A stretch of 64,000 bases of DNA from a virus, in IMG/VR virus record IMGVR_UViG_3300020473_000021, positions 32,001-96,000 of that record; one strand, given 5' to 3'. The position numbers were made by a program, and so were the translations under genes. The stretch's first letter is position 1. Each line of letters opens with the position of its first letter. The notes beneath the pieces were generated by a model, which searched no databases, was not told where the DNA came from, and saw only the letters and a list, made by a program, of their open reading frames with translations. Shown here one piece after another: positions 9,498 to 18,398 of the stretch.

Positions 9498-10067
9498 TTG
9501 CAAGCGAATAAGTTCTTTACCTCTGACCCTCACTTAGATCATGAAAAGGCGATTGAGTTTAACAGTCGACCTTTTAAATCTGTGGAAGAGATGCAAGACC
9601 ACATCATCGGTCAGTACAACGCATTACCTAAAGGATCGATTCTATATATCCTAGGTGATACGTTGGTGAGATCCAATAAAGAGGCGGCAGTAGCACTTCT
9701 TAATAAACTTCCCAAACATCTTAACTATGTGTTTGTCATTGGTAATCACGACCACCCCATCCGTCGATACTTAGAGAAATATGGACGCGTTGTTGATCTA
9801 CTTCAGATACGCCATAAAAAGCGCAAGATTGTATTGTGTCATTATCCAATGCATGAGTGGAGTAGTGGGCAACATGGTAGTATCTTATTACATGGACACA
9901 CGCATGGTAGAATGCAATTCCCTGGCATAACACTAGATGTGGGCTGGGACGTACATAAGCGACCAATCGGCGCAGATGAGATACTTAACTTGACTGAGGA
10001 TATGACAATCTATCAACCTGTCCATGATAGAAATAATGGTAAGACATATTCTGAATTGAATCAGTAG
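9498..10067 (+). CDS. Calcineurin-like metallophosphoesterase
   Basis: SDPH, LGD, GNHD, CHYP, HGHTH motifs. Confidence 0.9.
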   Translation: MQANKFFTSDPHLDHEKAIEFNSRPFKSVEEMQDHIIGQYNALPKGSILYILGDTLVRSNKEAAVALLNKLPKHLNYVFVIGNHDHPIRRYLEKYGRVVDLLQIRHKKRKIVLCHYPMHEWSSGQHGSILLHGHTHGRMQFPGITLDVGWDVHKRPIGADEILNLTEDMTIYQPVHDRNNGKTYSELNQ

Positions 10068-10168
10068 ATAGTGCCCACCATCCCTATCTTTATGACAAAC
10101 ATAAATAAGAAGAAGAGACCCATACTCTTCCATGTGCGCTAGTGAATAGCACTACTTAGGAGAGACAT

Positions 10169-10486
10169 ATGAAATTTTGGCTAGTGGTATGTACATTCGC
10201 TGCTGGTGGGGTATGGTATTCTTTTTCAACCGACCACCATCAAATGGATGCATCGATAATCAAAGAGATAAATCCCAGTTGCGATATAATACGGGCTTGG
10301 GAGAGATCTCGATTGAAAGGCGATAGACCGATAGGTTTACCTGCCCCCGATGAAGGAAGGTTAATAGAATGCTTTCCGTCTTATGAAGGTAAAGACCATT
10401 TGATTGAAGATCACTTTAGATATGCTAAATATCTAGAGAATCGACTTATGAGACAATCGAAGTCTCAAGGTGGGGACCAAATATAA
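10169..10486 (+). CDS. Hypothetical protein with N-terminal hydrophobic anchor
   Basis: AGGAG RBS; MKFWLVVCTFAAGGVWY. Confidence 0.7.
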   Translation: MKFWLVVCTFAAGGVWYSFSTDHHQMDASIIKEINPSCDIIRAWERSRLKGDRPIGLPAPDEGRLIECFPSYEGKDHLIEDHFRYAKYLENRLMRQSKSQGGDQI

Positions 10487-10487
10487 C

Positions 10488-10517
10488 GTGGGAGGCTGAT
10501 GCCTCCCACTTATGCCG
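10488..10517 (+). terminator. Terminator-like hairpin followed by TATGCCG
   Basis: GTGGGAGGC-TGAT-GCCTCCCAC directly after the stop codon. Confidence 0.7.
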
Positions 10518-10525
10518 ATTTAACT

Positions 10526-10554
10526 TTTTTACAAGAATATATCGTAGTAGTGAG
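10526..10554 (+). promoter_or_regulatory. Putative early promoter
   Basis: TTTTTACAAGAA-TATATCGT-AGTAG-TGAG; same layout as 1322, 33420 and 46848. Confidence 0.6.
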
Positions 10555-10601
10555 TTTTAACAAAGAAGTAATTTATTCTAGTTATACGCAGGAGAAAGAC
10601 G

Positions 10602-10682
10602 ATGGAAAATGTGGTAGGAATACCCACTACGTTGACCGATTTCTATTTTGCGTTCAAAATTGTCTTAGGTCGAAGTTTGTAA
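10602..10682 (+). CDS. 26-aa small ORF (MENVVGIPTTLTDFYFAFKIVLGRSL)
   Basis: AGGAG RBS just upstream; first ORF after the putative promoter; below the ORF-track cutoff. Confidence 0.45.
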   Translation: MENVVGIPTTLTDFYFAFKIVLGRSL

Positions 10683-10722
10683 TCTCGACCTAATTCGATG
10701 GAACTTAAAGAGGATTGTAAGG

Positions 10723-11490
10723 ATGGAAATATCGCCTAATGTAATTAAAATGGACGATGGTAGTACATTGGATTTGAGTAAATGCAACACCTTAGAGATG
10801 GACTACGATACATTACCAGAAGAAATGACTGGTAGTGGATCTATGCACGCTAGGTTCACCAAGTACGTCCAAGAACTACCTATAGGTGTGGGTGAGATAT
10901 TGAAATTGTCGATAGTATCAAAAGTAAACGGCGGTTTTCGTAAATCTTGGTATGTCTACAGGATCGAAGCAGACACATACCGTTTCATTAATGAATATGT
11001 CAATAAGGGCGTGGCTTACTCCATTGGTGAATCGCCTGAGTTGAGTAAATGGTCTGTGATTGAACCCGTACCAGAGATCCCATTTCATGAATTGGATATT
11101 CTGGCCAAGCACATAATTGTATTCTTTGAAACCGTTGAAAAGCAAGAACGGTATCCATTTATAATAGATACCTCTGAAGCTATAAAGCGGACTTCGAGTA
11201 AAACGATTAAAAAATCACTACTCTGTAAAGATAGAACGATAGTTTATTTAGGTAAACCGCCAATTAAAATTAGGAGAAAATCTAATAAGGGTGAAGGTTC
11301 GCCAAAATCTTTTGGTTATGCTAGAAGACCCCATCGTAGGACGTTGAGACATGAGCGCTTTAAAAATCATCCGAAGTATGGTATCTATAAAGGCGTCCAT
11401 GTGTCAGAGTCTTGGTGTGGTCCGAAAGAGTATGTGAGTAAATCAAAAATATATCGTCTATGGCAGCCGTCTGGAATCGATACTATTTAA
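10723..11490 (+). CDS. Hypothetical protein with basic C-terminal RRPHRR..W.G motif
   Basis: ORF with GAGG RBS; SPKS..RRPHRRTLRH...VSESWCG basic tail suggests nucleic-acid binding. Confidence 0.75.
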   Translation: MEISPNVIKMDDGSTLDLSKCNTLEMDYDTLPEEMTGSGSMHARFTKYVQELPIGVGEILKLSIVSKVNGGFRKSWYVYRIEADTYRFINEYVNKGVAYSIGESPELSKWSVIEPVPEIPFHELDILAKHIIVFFETVEKQERYPFIIDTSEAIKRTSSKTIKKSLLCKDRTIVYLGKPPIKIRRKSNKGEGSPKSFGYARRPHRRTLRHERFKNHPKYGIYKGVHVSESWCGPKEYVSKSKIYRLWQPSGIDTI

Positions 11491-11516
11491 TAAATAACTT
11501 TTTTATTTTCATTATC

Positions 11517-11549
11517 TAGGTTAGAGGTAAATGCCTCTAACCTATTTTT
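11517..11549 (+). terminator. Intrinsic terminator
   Basis: TAGGTTAGAGGT-AAAT-GCCTCTAACCTA plus T-tract. Confidence 0.85.
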
Positions 11550-11572
11550 ATTTTTGCATTAAGGATAAGATT

Positions 11573-13357
11573 ATGAACGTAGCAAAAACAGAAAACATGG
11601 TATTAAGAGCATATAAGAAATTGAATGAATTGCTCCACGATAAAGACATCGATCATAGTCCCATAGATGTCGGATCTTCTAATGTATTATACCTAATGTT
11701 AGAAGAAATGGTGAGTGTCATAAGAAAACACCCAAGTCTCATGGGTAATATACTTAAAGGCGAGGGTATCGGTCGCGCTAAGAAAAAGCTTGGTGTATCC
11801 TCAATATATCAACCTTCAGAGCATACTTGTTTTACACAATTAATAAATTCCTTTAAAGAAAACAAAGACCGAATAGAGTTGTTGTCGCAACCGGGTAAAG
11901 GTGTCTTGCAGAAAATAACGCTAACACCTGAAAATTATCGCATCGCAGAGTACGATTGGAATCTTTTGTTTGAAGTACCCTCGAAACTTGATTCTTCCTT
12001 AATCTTTCATTTAGAAATACCCGATTGTTTTGAGGTTGGTGATGTTCAAACGTTGCAAACGCACCCGAAGCGATTTCATACGACAACCTGGTTTGTTTCC
12101 GAAGATGTTAGTCTCTACGAGATTGATACGCTAGGCCAGCATCTAGGTAGCATACTTGAAAATAACCCTAAGGATATCGTGCTACATGTTCTAGCTGATC
12201 CTGAGTTTTTCGTAGCTGAAAAGACTATGGATTCAGGAACTGCATCGGGTCGGGAAGAAACAACAGATAACGGGAGTGACGAAATGTTACAAGAAGGCGA
12301 TCAAAATACTAATAAACATAACGATCTGCATGGTGCCATAGACACCACATATGAGCGGATACTGATGACTTTAATTTCAAATATAAACCTCAAACCTAAC
12401 ATGGGTCCGCCCACACGCATCCGTCAGGATTTGTCTGATGTTTATTTCCTATTGACCAACTATCCTGGGGCAATAACTAACTTAATTAAAGAGTCTGGGG
12501 GTATGGACGTATATACCTTGCCTGTGTTTAAGTATAACTTAAATAGACTAAAACAAATTGGCGATACATTGATCAATAGTAAACACCTATCTCCCAATAT
12601 CGTCAAATCTATTGCAAGCGATAGGGATATGTTCAATTATGCTAAGCAGTTAGAGGTTATTTACTCTAGCATAGATAGAAAGCAAGCGGCTAAACCGCTA
12701 ACACCTACCGAGCAGTTTGGTTTAGTGGGAGTTAATGTGGTTGATTGGACGGGCGTTGATCGTGATCAAAATGAAGAGACTGAGCGCTATCACTTAGTCA
12801 CATCCAGTTTTGATCATGACGGTATGTTGCTGGATATGCACTACTACGTAGAAGTCACGCCAGAGGAAGCTAAATTACTTGACCGTAACTATTGGTTGAC
12901 TCGCGATGAGGCTATACGTCGTTTGAGTAAGTTCCACGAGCAGTTGAGATCACTGAATGGTGGCGACACACCCACACATCGCTTCCGGGGTCCTAACTTC
13001 ATTCACTACAGTGAAAATAAAACAGCCGATCTTGTTTTAACAGATCATGATGCTACTAAACTCACTTTAAGTGAAGCAGTTGGTTCTAAGTCTAAACTAC
13101 TCATTGATATCTACGAAGAACACTTCGGGATGGATATGATAGTGGCGACAACGAATGATGAAACGTATTATTGTAAAACCATCAATATCGTTAATAGTGA
13201 TTCTGTTAACATCATTGGGTTTGACGATATACTGTCAGTTATCCCTGACAACGTAGATTGTTCTTTCGGTAAGCGCACGCTGTATGGTTTCGAAAGCGAG
13301 CCGGTAGAACTTACACCAAAACAATTCTACCGTAAGATGATAGAACTCAATAAGTAG
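11573..13357 (+). CDS. Hypothetical protein
   Basis: Long ORF; ATG 11531 lies in a terminator hairpin, AAGGA RBS precedes ATG 11573. Confidence 0.8.
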   Translation: MNVAKTENMVLRAYKKLNELLHDKDIDHSPIDVGSSNVLYLMLEEMVSVIRKHPSLMGNILKGEGIGRAKKKLGVSSIYQPSEHTCFTQLINSFKENKDRIELLSQPGKGVLQKITLTPENYRIAEYDWNLLFEVPSKLDSSLIFHLEIPDCFEVGDVQTLQTHPKRFHTTTWFVSEDVSLYEIDTLGQHLGSILENNPKDIVLHVLADPEFFVAEKTMDSGTASGREETTDNGSDEMLQEGDQNTNKHNDLHGAIDTTYERILMTLISNINLKPNMGPPTRIRQDLSDVYFLLTNYPGAITNLIKESGGMDVYTLPVFKYNLNRLKQIGDTLINSKHLSPNIVKSIASDRDMFNYAKQLEVIYSSIDRKQAAKPLTPTEQFGLVGVNVVDWTGVDRDQNEETERYHLVTSSFDHDGMLLDMHYYVEVTPEEAKLLDRNYWLTRDEAIRRLSKFHEQLRSLNGGDTPTHRFRGPNFIHYSENKTADLVLTDHDATKLTLSEAVGSKSKLLIDIYEEHFGMDMIVATTNDETYYCKTINIVNSDSVNIIGFDDILSVIPDNVDCSFGKRTLYGFESEPVELTPKQFYRKMIELNK

Positions 13358-13401
13358 GAGTATGGTTATGAACCATATGAAATTCACAAGAGGGAATAAG
13401 A

Positions 13402-13432
13402 AGGGAGGCAATGCCTCCCTCTTTTATTTTTT
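13402..13432 (+). terminator. Intrinsic terminator between convergent genes
   Basis: AGGGAGGC-AAT-GCCTCCCT plus T-tract. Confidence 0.85.
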
Positions 13433-13435
13433 GTT

Positions 13436-14242
13436 TTAATCGCGACGGAAGCGCTCGTAAGCCTCTTCCATCTTTTCATCATAACGGTTTTCTTCATAAG
13501 CTGGACCGTTGTAAGCATATGCAAACGATGCCCAGTCTAACTCACGTAACGCATCAAGTAAACGATTGTCTGCCTCGATGAACCTAACAAAAGATTCTAG
13601 CTGCTTATGCTCACCTTCACACACTGAATCGTAGTAGTGTTGTGGGCTTTCATAACCTAATCGTTTCCAATGGAATCCCATGATTTGGAAACGACCATAA
13701 GAAGCCGATTCGATCGCCGCAGCGGGATTGAGAGACATTGCTTTGTCTAAGCGATGGTTTTCCTCAACTCCACCCGAATAACCGCCCCTGTCGGCGTTGA
13801 CGATGTCTGAGGCATATTTCTGACCAAGTTCTGCTGCTAACGTAAGATCATAATGCATGAGACGCTTAAGCATCCAGTGACGCTCAAATAACACTTTGAT
13901 TGTTCCGTCGCTATGGAAACCACCGCCAGACGATTCAACCTCACTGACTGCTCTGAGTGCCTCTACCTCGACGTCGAGGTATGCGGCTGCATCTTCGATA
14001 TCTTTTTCACGCAATGCCCAGTCTGGTTGTTTCTGATCATCCAGTTGCATTTCAATGAGAGTACGCTCACCAACAAGACCATCAACGACCAAACCTTCAG
14101 AACGTTGAAAAGCTTTTACAGCCCGTTCCGTACCAGGACCAAAGTCCCCATCAATAATGCCTTGATAGAAACCTCGTTCCTTCAACACTTCCTGTAGTTG
14201 TTCTACATCAGGTCCCGAAGAACCTAAACGCAATAAGTCCAT
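13436..14242 (-). CDS. Modular endolysin: peptidoglycan-binding domain plus N-acetylmuramidase (DUF3380-type)
   Basis: LRLGSSGPDVEQLQ..L..DGDFGPGTERAVKAFQ..GLVVDG (PG_binding_1); VES.G.GF, LFERH, SASYGRFQIMGFH, FA.AYNGP.Y..N.YD. Confidence 0.93.
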   Translation of the reverse strand: MDLLRLGSSGPDVEQLQEVLKERGFYQGIIDGDFGPGTERAVKAFQRSEGLVVDGLVGERTLIEMQLDDQKQPDWALREKDIEDAAAYLDVEVEALRAVSEVESSGGGFHSDGTIKVLFERHWMLKRLMHYDLTLAAELGQKYASDIVNADRGGYSGGVEENHRLDKAMSLNPAAAIESASYGRFQIMGFHWKRLGYESPQHYYDSVCEGEHKQLESFVRFIEADNRLLDALRELDWASFAYAYNGPAYEENRYDEKMEEAYERFRRD

Positions 14243-14252
14243 TGTAACCCCC

Positions 14253-14699
14253 TTAATGTCGTATATCCGGGTTATTAGACAACAGCGCCAGCCACAACCG
14301 GACTGGTGTGATCAAACCAGGATCGAACCGCAATGCCATGTTCCCTGCCCTCAACGCACCAGAGATGAACTCCGCTGGTGTAGCATGGTTACGATTATAG
14401 TTTTCAGTTGTAGGTAAACGAAACAGGTGTAACCACCCATAGCGTAGGTGTGTTCTATCTCTTATGTAATCGACGCAACGTCGCTGATCTGGGACATCAA
14501 CATTGATCTCTACATGTTTACCTAATAATTCATAAAAGATGTTCCGATGATGGATACGGACACCTTCATATTTACTTATTTCGCAGACAAACCCGTCCTT
14601 GAAATCTATTGCTACACGGTCCCATGGAGAAACCTGCATGATCCGACTAATGATCGATCCAGACCCCCCGCCACGAGAGAAAATGATGCTGGTAGACAT
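14253..14699 (-). CDS. Permuted NlpC/P60 (YaeF/YiiX-like) protein, probably catalytically inactive
   Basis: IIFSR..GS..SRI..SPW.RVAI..DG.V.E....GVR..Y....AEFI..AL..G...ITP..L pattern; His and Cys positions replaced. Confidence 0.55.
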   Translation of the reverse strand: MSTSIIFSRGGGSGSIISRIMQVSPWDRVAIDFKDGFVCEISKYEGVRIHHRNIFYELLGKHVEINVDVPDQRRCVDYIRDRTHLRYGWLHLFRLPTTENYNRNHATPAEFISGALRAGNMALRFDPGLITPVRLWLALLSNNPDIRH

Positions 14700-14749
14700 A
14701 CCGCATATTCCTTAGTCGCACGACGACCGTTTATTTCTTTCAAACGAAA

Positions 14750-14825
14750 GAAAAAAAGAACACATACTACCTCCTACTTAGTAGGTTCACTAAGAACCAT
14801 ACCATGAGTAAGAGATAGCATGTGT
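14750..14825 (-). terminator. Long hairpin terminator / structured RNA
   Basis: About 29-bp stem on the minus-strand RNA with four G.U pairs, followed by UCUUUUUUUC. Confidence 0.75.
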
Positions 14826-14834
14826 AGTCTTTCA

Positions 14835-15278
14835 TTAATACTCAGTCACCCTTGAGGTGGTCCACTCAGTTGTCCAAGTGGTCGTATAAGGAACAGCTAT
14901 TTCAGTCAAACGTGAGGTTTGAAATGACGTCACTGTCGTTATATAACCAGATGTAACATGTGAAGTAGTCCAACTTGTGGTAACCTGTCGACTCACTGTG
15001 GTAGAACGAGACGTACCACGACTTGTATTTCGTGATGCCGTCCATGTGGTAGTATAATTGGTAGTCCTACTCACTGACGTCGAACGAGTCTTTGTTGTCG
15101 ATTTAGTCGTACTCCGACTTACGCTCCAGCTGGTGGTCCACGATGTCGTCCAACTTGACGTATATGACGTCGAACGAGACTCAGTACTATACAAAGTAAC
15201 CCAATCTCGAGTGTTGAAGTTAGTCGTATGACTACCCGTTATGGTATTATAACTAGTAGTCCATGAAGTGGTTGGCAT
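14835..15278 (-). CDS. Thr/Ser-rich tetrapeptide-repeat protein
   Basis: AGGAG RBS; almost entirely x-T-S-[W/Y/R/K] units (TTSW TTSY ... TASR NTSR GTSR). Confidence 0.85.
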   Translation of the reverse strand: MPTTSWTTSYNTITGSHTTNFNTRDWVTLYSTESRSTSYTSSWTTSWTTSWSVSRSTTKSTTKTRSTSVSRTTNYTTTWTASRNTSRGTSRSTTVSRQVTTSWTTSHVTSGYITTVTSFQTSRLTEIAVPYTTTWTTEWTTSRVTEY

Positions 15279-15289
15279 AGTGACTCCTA

Positions 15290-18200
15290 CTATTTCTTAA
15301 CTACGACTCCGCCACCGGGTATGTTGTGAACCAACAACCCACCAGCAAAGTAAGTATCGTATTCTTCAACATCAATACTGACAGTATCGAATTCACCAGT
15401 AACATACACCATGGTTTCGATGAGTACTTCTTCGAGTTCTTCGTTAAGCATGATATCGCCAACTTCAAGATCTCGAACATCAAACCATGACCAACCATTG
15501 CCTTTATTGGCAAGTACTTCGTGTTGTTTAGTAATGGTCAACGTGTCATTAATTAAATAACCCGCACGGAACCAATCCCTTTCAACACTTCTAACAGTAA
15601 CATCGACGTATGTAGGTTTCGATAGGCTTTGTGTTGTCCAATCTCTCCAACCATCGATACTCTCATCGATCATACCTTCAATGTTAACACCACGTAGAAC
15701 GTCACCGACTTTAACATCTCCAGCTAAGATGGTTTCGCCAGATGCCAACCAAAGTTTGGTATCGAGCGATATACAACCACCACCACCACCACCGCCGGAA
15801 TAAGTATTCCTGCTGGTCGTTTTAGAGGTAGAACGAACGGTGTCGGTTGTACGATATGAATAAGTATACTGCATGTAAGAGGATACATATTGAGTATTGC
15901 GTGATCCTTGCTTACTCGTCGTTCGACTGGTCGATTTACTCGTTGACCAACTCGTGGTATAGCTTGTAGATGCGCTATAATTGGTATTAACACTAAAGAA
16001 CGTCGTTTTACTGGTCGTACGACTTGCCGTCCATGAAGTGGTAAAGCTTGTCGTCCAATTAGTATTCCAAACGCTATCTTTAAACGTTTGTCTACTGGTG
16101 GTGTAACTTGTGTTACGCTCCATATAGACTTGCGTGTTACGACTGGTATTGAATCGAGTTGTATATGAACTCATGCGCTCAGTCGTACGAGAGGTCTGTT
16201 TAGATGTTGTCCATTGAGTCACACGACGACGCATAACTTGCAGCTGATAACGATCTGACCAACTACTCCATCCTGCACCAGAACTTTGGTAGCGAACTTG
16301 AAGTTGTAATCCCACATCACTACCTGGTCGGAACCCATTGTTATATGGATTGTGTTTCGTTAGGTCTGATGTAGATTGAACATCGTAAACTACCGTACCA
16401 GATGCATCGCGGATACGCCACTGAGTCCTGATGTGGTCTTCATCGCCATCATACAGACTACCCACCATAGTAAACTCACGAGTGATGCGACCGTCAGCTT
16501 CGCGACCACTAGCCGTTACCGCCGGTTTAGCAATGCGCATGGTATCGATAATGTAAGTCTCAGACCAAGGACTGTCGGTTACGCGATAACCTGCATGTTT
16601 AACGCGAGCATATAGTCGCGTATCGCTTGGCATACCCTTAACGGCTTTACTCGTTAATTCAGTCTTAGACAATTGATCAATCAACCGGTTAGAGAAGTTA
16701 GCGTCAGTAGCTACTTGCCAAACCGAATGACGATGACTGTCGAACGAATCATACGGTCTAACACCAAACGGCGTTGTCTTTATATCGAAATCGATAGGAA
16801 CTCGAGGCATATTACCGGTAACCGCAGGCCACGTAATGGTTGGCTGTTCAACACCACTAAACACAATGTGTAACGTGACCGTTCTAGCTTTACCATCTTT
16901 ATATACCGTAAAGGGTTGATTACCTAAAGGTGAGTTCTTAACAATCTGACCTGTGAAACGTTCACCGACAACACTAATGTCACCTACAGGAGTTTCTACA
17001 GCATAAGAACTCCCCACGTGGTAGTTGGTTATCATCAAGTCGATGTCTTCAGCTTGATAATAACGATTCTCACCATCAAGGTTTATACCACCCATCTCAC
17101 CCGCAGCTTCAAAGGCAGCATCCATCTCGGCTAACGAGACATTATCAACATTACCTAATCCCAACTGTTGTTTGGTGACTTTATGTGGGTTGTTGAAGTT
17201 ACCAGTGTGTGATGATAGCGCATCACCGACAAGGTTATCGATACTCACCTTTAACGTATATGGCGTTAAGTAGTGTGAATCACTCAGACCCTGACTTGCT
17301 ATCGATTCGCTAGCTAATCCATAGTTAACTACTTGACCTAGATTAACTTGCGCTTTAGTAACCTCATGTGGATTTTCTTTATCGGCGATATGCTGATCAA
17401 CCAACACACCACCTTGCTCAGATATGGCAAAGCGCATACCCAACGGATGAATATACGTAAAGTCGTTCTCACCCGTAATAGTTAATGCATTAGATGCCAT
17501 CGGATAATTGTTTAGTTGACCTAAACCCACTTGAGCTTTAGTGACTTGGTGTGGATTGGTATAATCTTCCAAGTGTTGAGTATAATCAGGAACCCACTGC
17601 TCTCCAATCAACCAATGCATTCTGGCCGGAGTTACAAACTTATTTGTGACACCCGACTCATCTGCCATGTCGGAGTTAGTCGCTTCAGCAAAGTTATCAA
17701 CTTCACTCAAACCAACTTGTATCTTAGTGACATCGTGAGGGTCATTATTATCATTAGCGTGATTGGCTAAGTTTTCCAATACCTGATCGAAGTAATCGTT
17801 CAACAAATCCAAACGGTGTTGGAGCATGGCGAATATTTCATCGTGACTCGCTCCATCACCCACAACAAGTGCGGTATGGATCTTCTTCATCAGGTTGACG
17901 AGGAATTCCCAACCATAGATATCCACAATATCAGTCAAGTGACTTTCAGGTGGTAAGAATTCTGGACGACCTAATATACGACCCCATTGAACTTCACGCT
18001 CGTTGAGTTGTAGATCTTCCATTGCGTCGATGATGGCCGGTGCAATAGAAGAGTAATCGCCACCGACACTTTGATATGTCAAACGGATGTTGTTTGATAC
18101 AGACTCATCGGTGATAACGATCCCGGCATAAACGGCTTTATTACTCCGCTCAGTTGGCTCAGTAAAATAAAGAGCTGGCCGATATTGATCTTTATTTAAC

Positions 18201-18373
18201 GGCTGATTATTATCGATATCGTAGATGTTAACAGAGTCAAGATAGAAAGCCCCACCATGGGGCGCAAGGAATCGCTCCTTGTCCCCTAATAATGTTCTTT
18301 GCTCATCACTCACTAAATTAAGTGGTGATTGACCCGTTAGATCTAAGGGATATCTTTGAACACTTACGTCCAT
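15290..18373 (-). CDS. Tail-fibre-like virion protein (phiKZ gp145/146-type N-terminus) with FN3-like domains, Thr/Ser repeat tract and C-terminal Hint domain
   Basis: YPLDLTGQSPLNLV N-domain; 4 PHxVTKxQ(V/L)xL repeats; two WQ/WR...VRY/VKH...SxWS FN3-like units; Gly7-CIS...TKQH...GGLLVHN. Confidence 0.85.
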   Translation of the reverse strand: MDVSVQRYPLDLTGQSPLNLVSDEQRTLLGDKERFLAPHGGAFYLDSVNIYDIDNNQPLNKDQYRPALYFTEPTERSNKAVYAGIVITDESVSNNIRLTYQSVGGDYSSIAPAIIDAMEDLQLNEREVQWGRILGRPEFLPPESHLTDIVDIYGWEFLVNLMKKIHTALVVGDGASHDEIFAMLQHRLDLLNDYFDQVLENLANHANDNNDPHDVTKIQVGLSEVDNFAEATNSDMADESGVTNKFVTPARMHWLIGEQWVPDYTQHLEDYTNPHQVTKAQVGLGQLNNYPMASNALTITGENDFTYIHPLGMRFAISEQGGVLVDQHIADKENPHEVTKAQVNLGQVVNYGLASESIASQGLSDSHYLTPYTLKVSIDNLVGDALSSHTGNFNNPHKVTKQQLGLGNVDNVSLAEMDAAFEAAGEMGGINLDGENRYYQAEDIDLMITNYHVGSSYAVETPVGDISVVGERFTGQIVKNSPLGNQPFTVYKDGKARTVTLHIVFSGVEQPTITWPAVTGNMPRVPIDFDIKTTPFGVRPYDSFDSHRHSVWQVATDANFSNRLIDQLSKTELTSKAVKGMPSDTRLYARVKHAGYRVTDSPWSETYIIDTMRIAKPAVTASGREADGRITREFTMVGSLYDGDEDHIRTQWRIRDASGTVVYDVQSTSDLTKHNPYNNGFRPGSDVGLQLQVRYQSSGAGWSSWSDRYQLQVMRRRVTQWTTSKQTSRTTERMSSYTTRFNTSRNTQVYMERNTSYTTSRQTFKDSVWNTNWTTSFTTSWTASRTTSKTTFFSVNTNYSASTSYTTSWSTSKSTSRTTSKQGSRNTQYVSSYMQYTYSYRTTDTVRSTSKTTSRNTYSGGGGGGGCISLDTKLWLASGETILAGDVKVGDVLRGVNIEGMIDESIDGWRDWTTQSLSKPTYVDVTVRSVERDWFRAGYLINDTLTITKQHEVLANKGNGWSWFDVRDLEVGDIMLNEELEEVLIETMVYVTGEFDTVSIDVEEYDTYFAGGLLVHNIPGGGVVVKK
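15323..15775 (-). other. Hint (intein-like) autoprocessing domain
   Basis: Cys1 (CISLDTKL), DVKVGD, block B TxxH (TKQH), DLEVGD, block F/G SIDVE..TYFAGGLLVHN; +1 residue is Ile. Confidence 0.85.
15797..16222 (-). repeat. Tetrapeptide (12-bp period) repeat tract x-T-S-[W/Y/F/R/K]
   Basis: VTQW TTSK QTSR TTER MSSY TTRF NTSR ... TTSF TTSW TASR TTSK ... STSY TTSW STSK STSR TTSK. Confidence 0.85.
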
Positions 18374-18398
18374 ACATCGACCCTTATTTCATTAACTG

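Noticed and set aside
15323-15775. Classical splicing intein or mobile element
   Set aside because: The +1 residue is Ile, the C-extein is only 10 aa and there is no homing endonuclease; treated as an autoprocessing domain instead.
14835-16222. Possible diversity-generating retroelement (TR/VR pair) between the two T/S-repeat regions
   Set aside because: Only short nucleotide matches of about 10 nt, no adenine-specific mismatch pattern, and no reverse transcriptase in the window.
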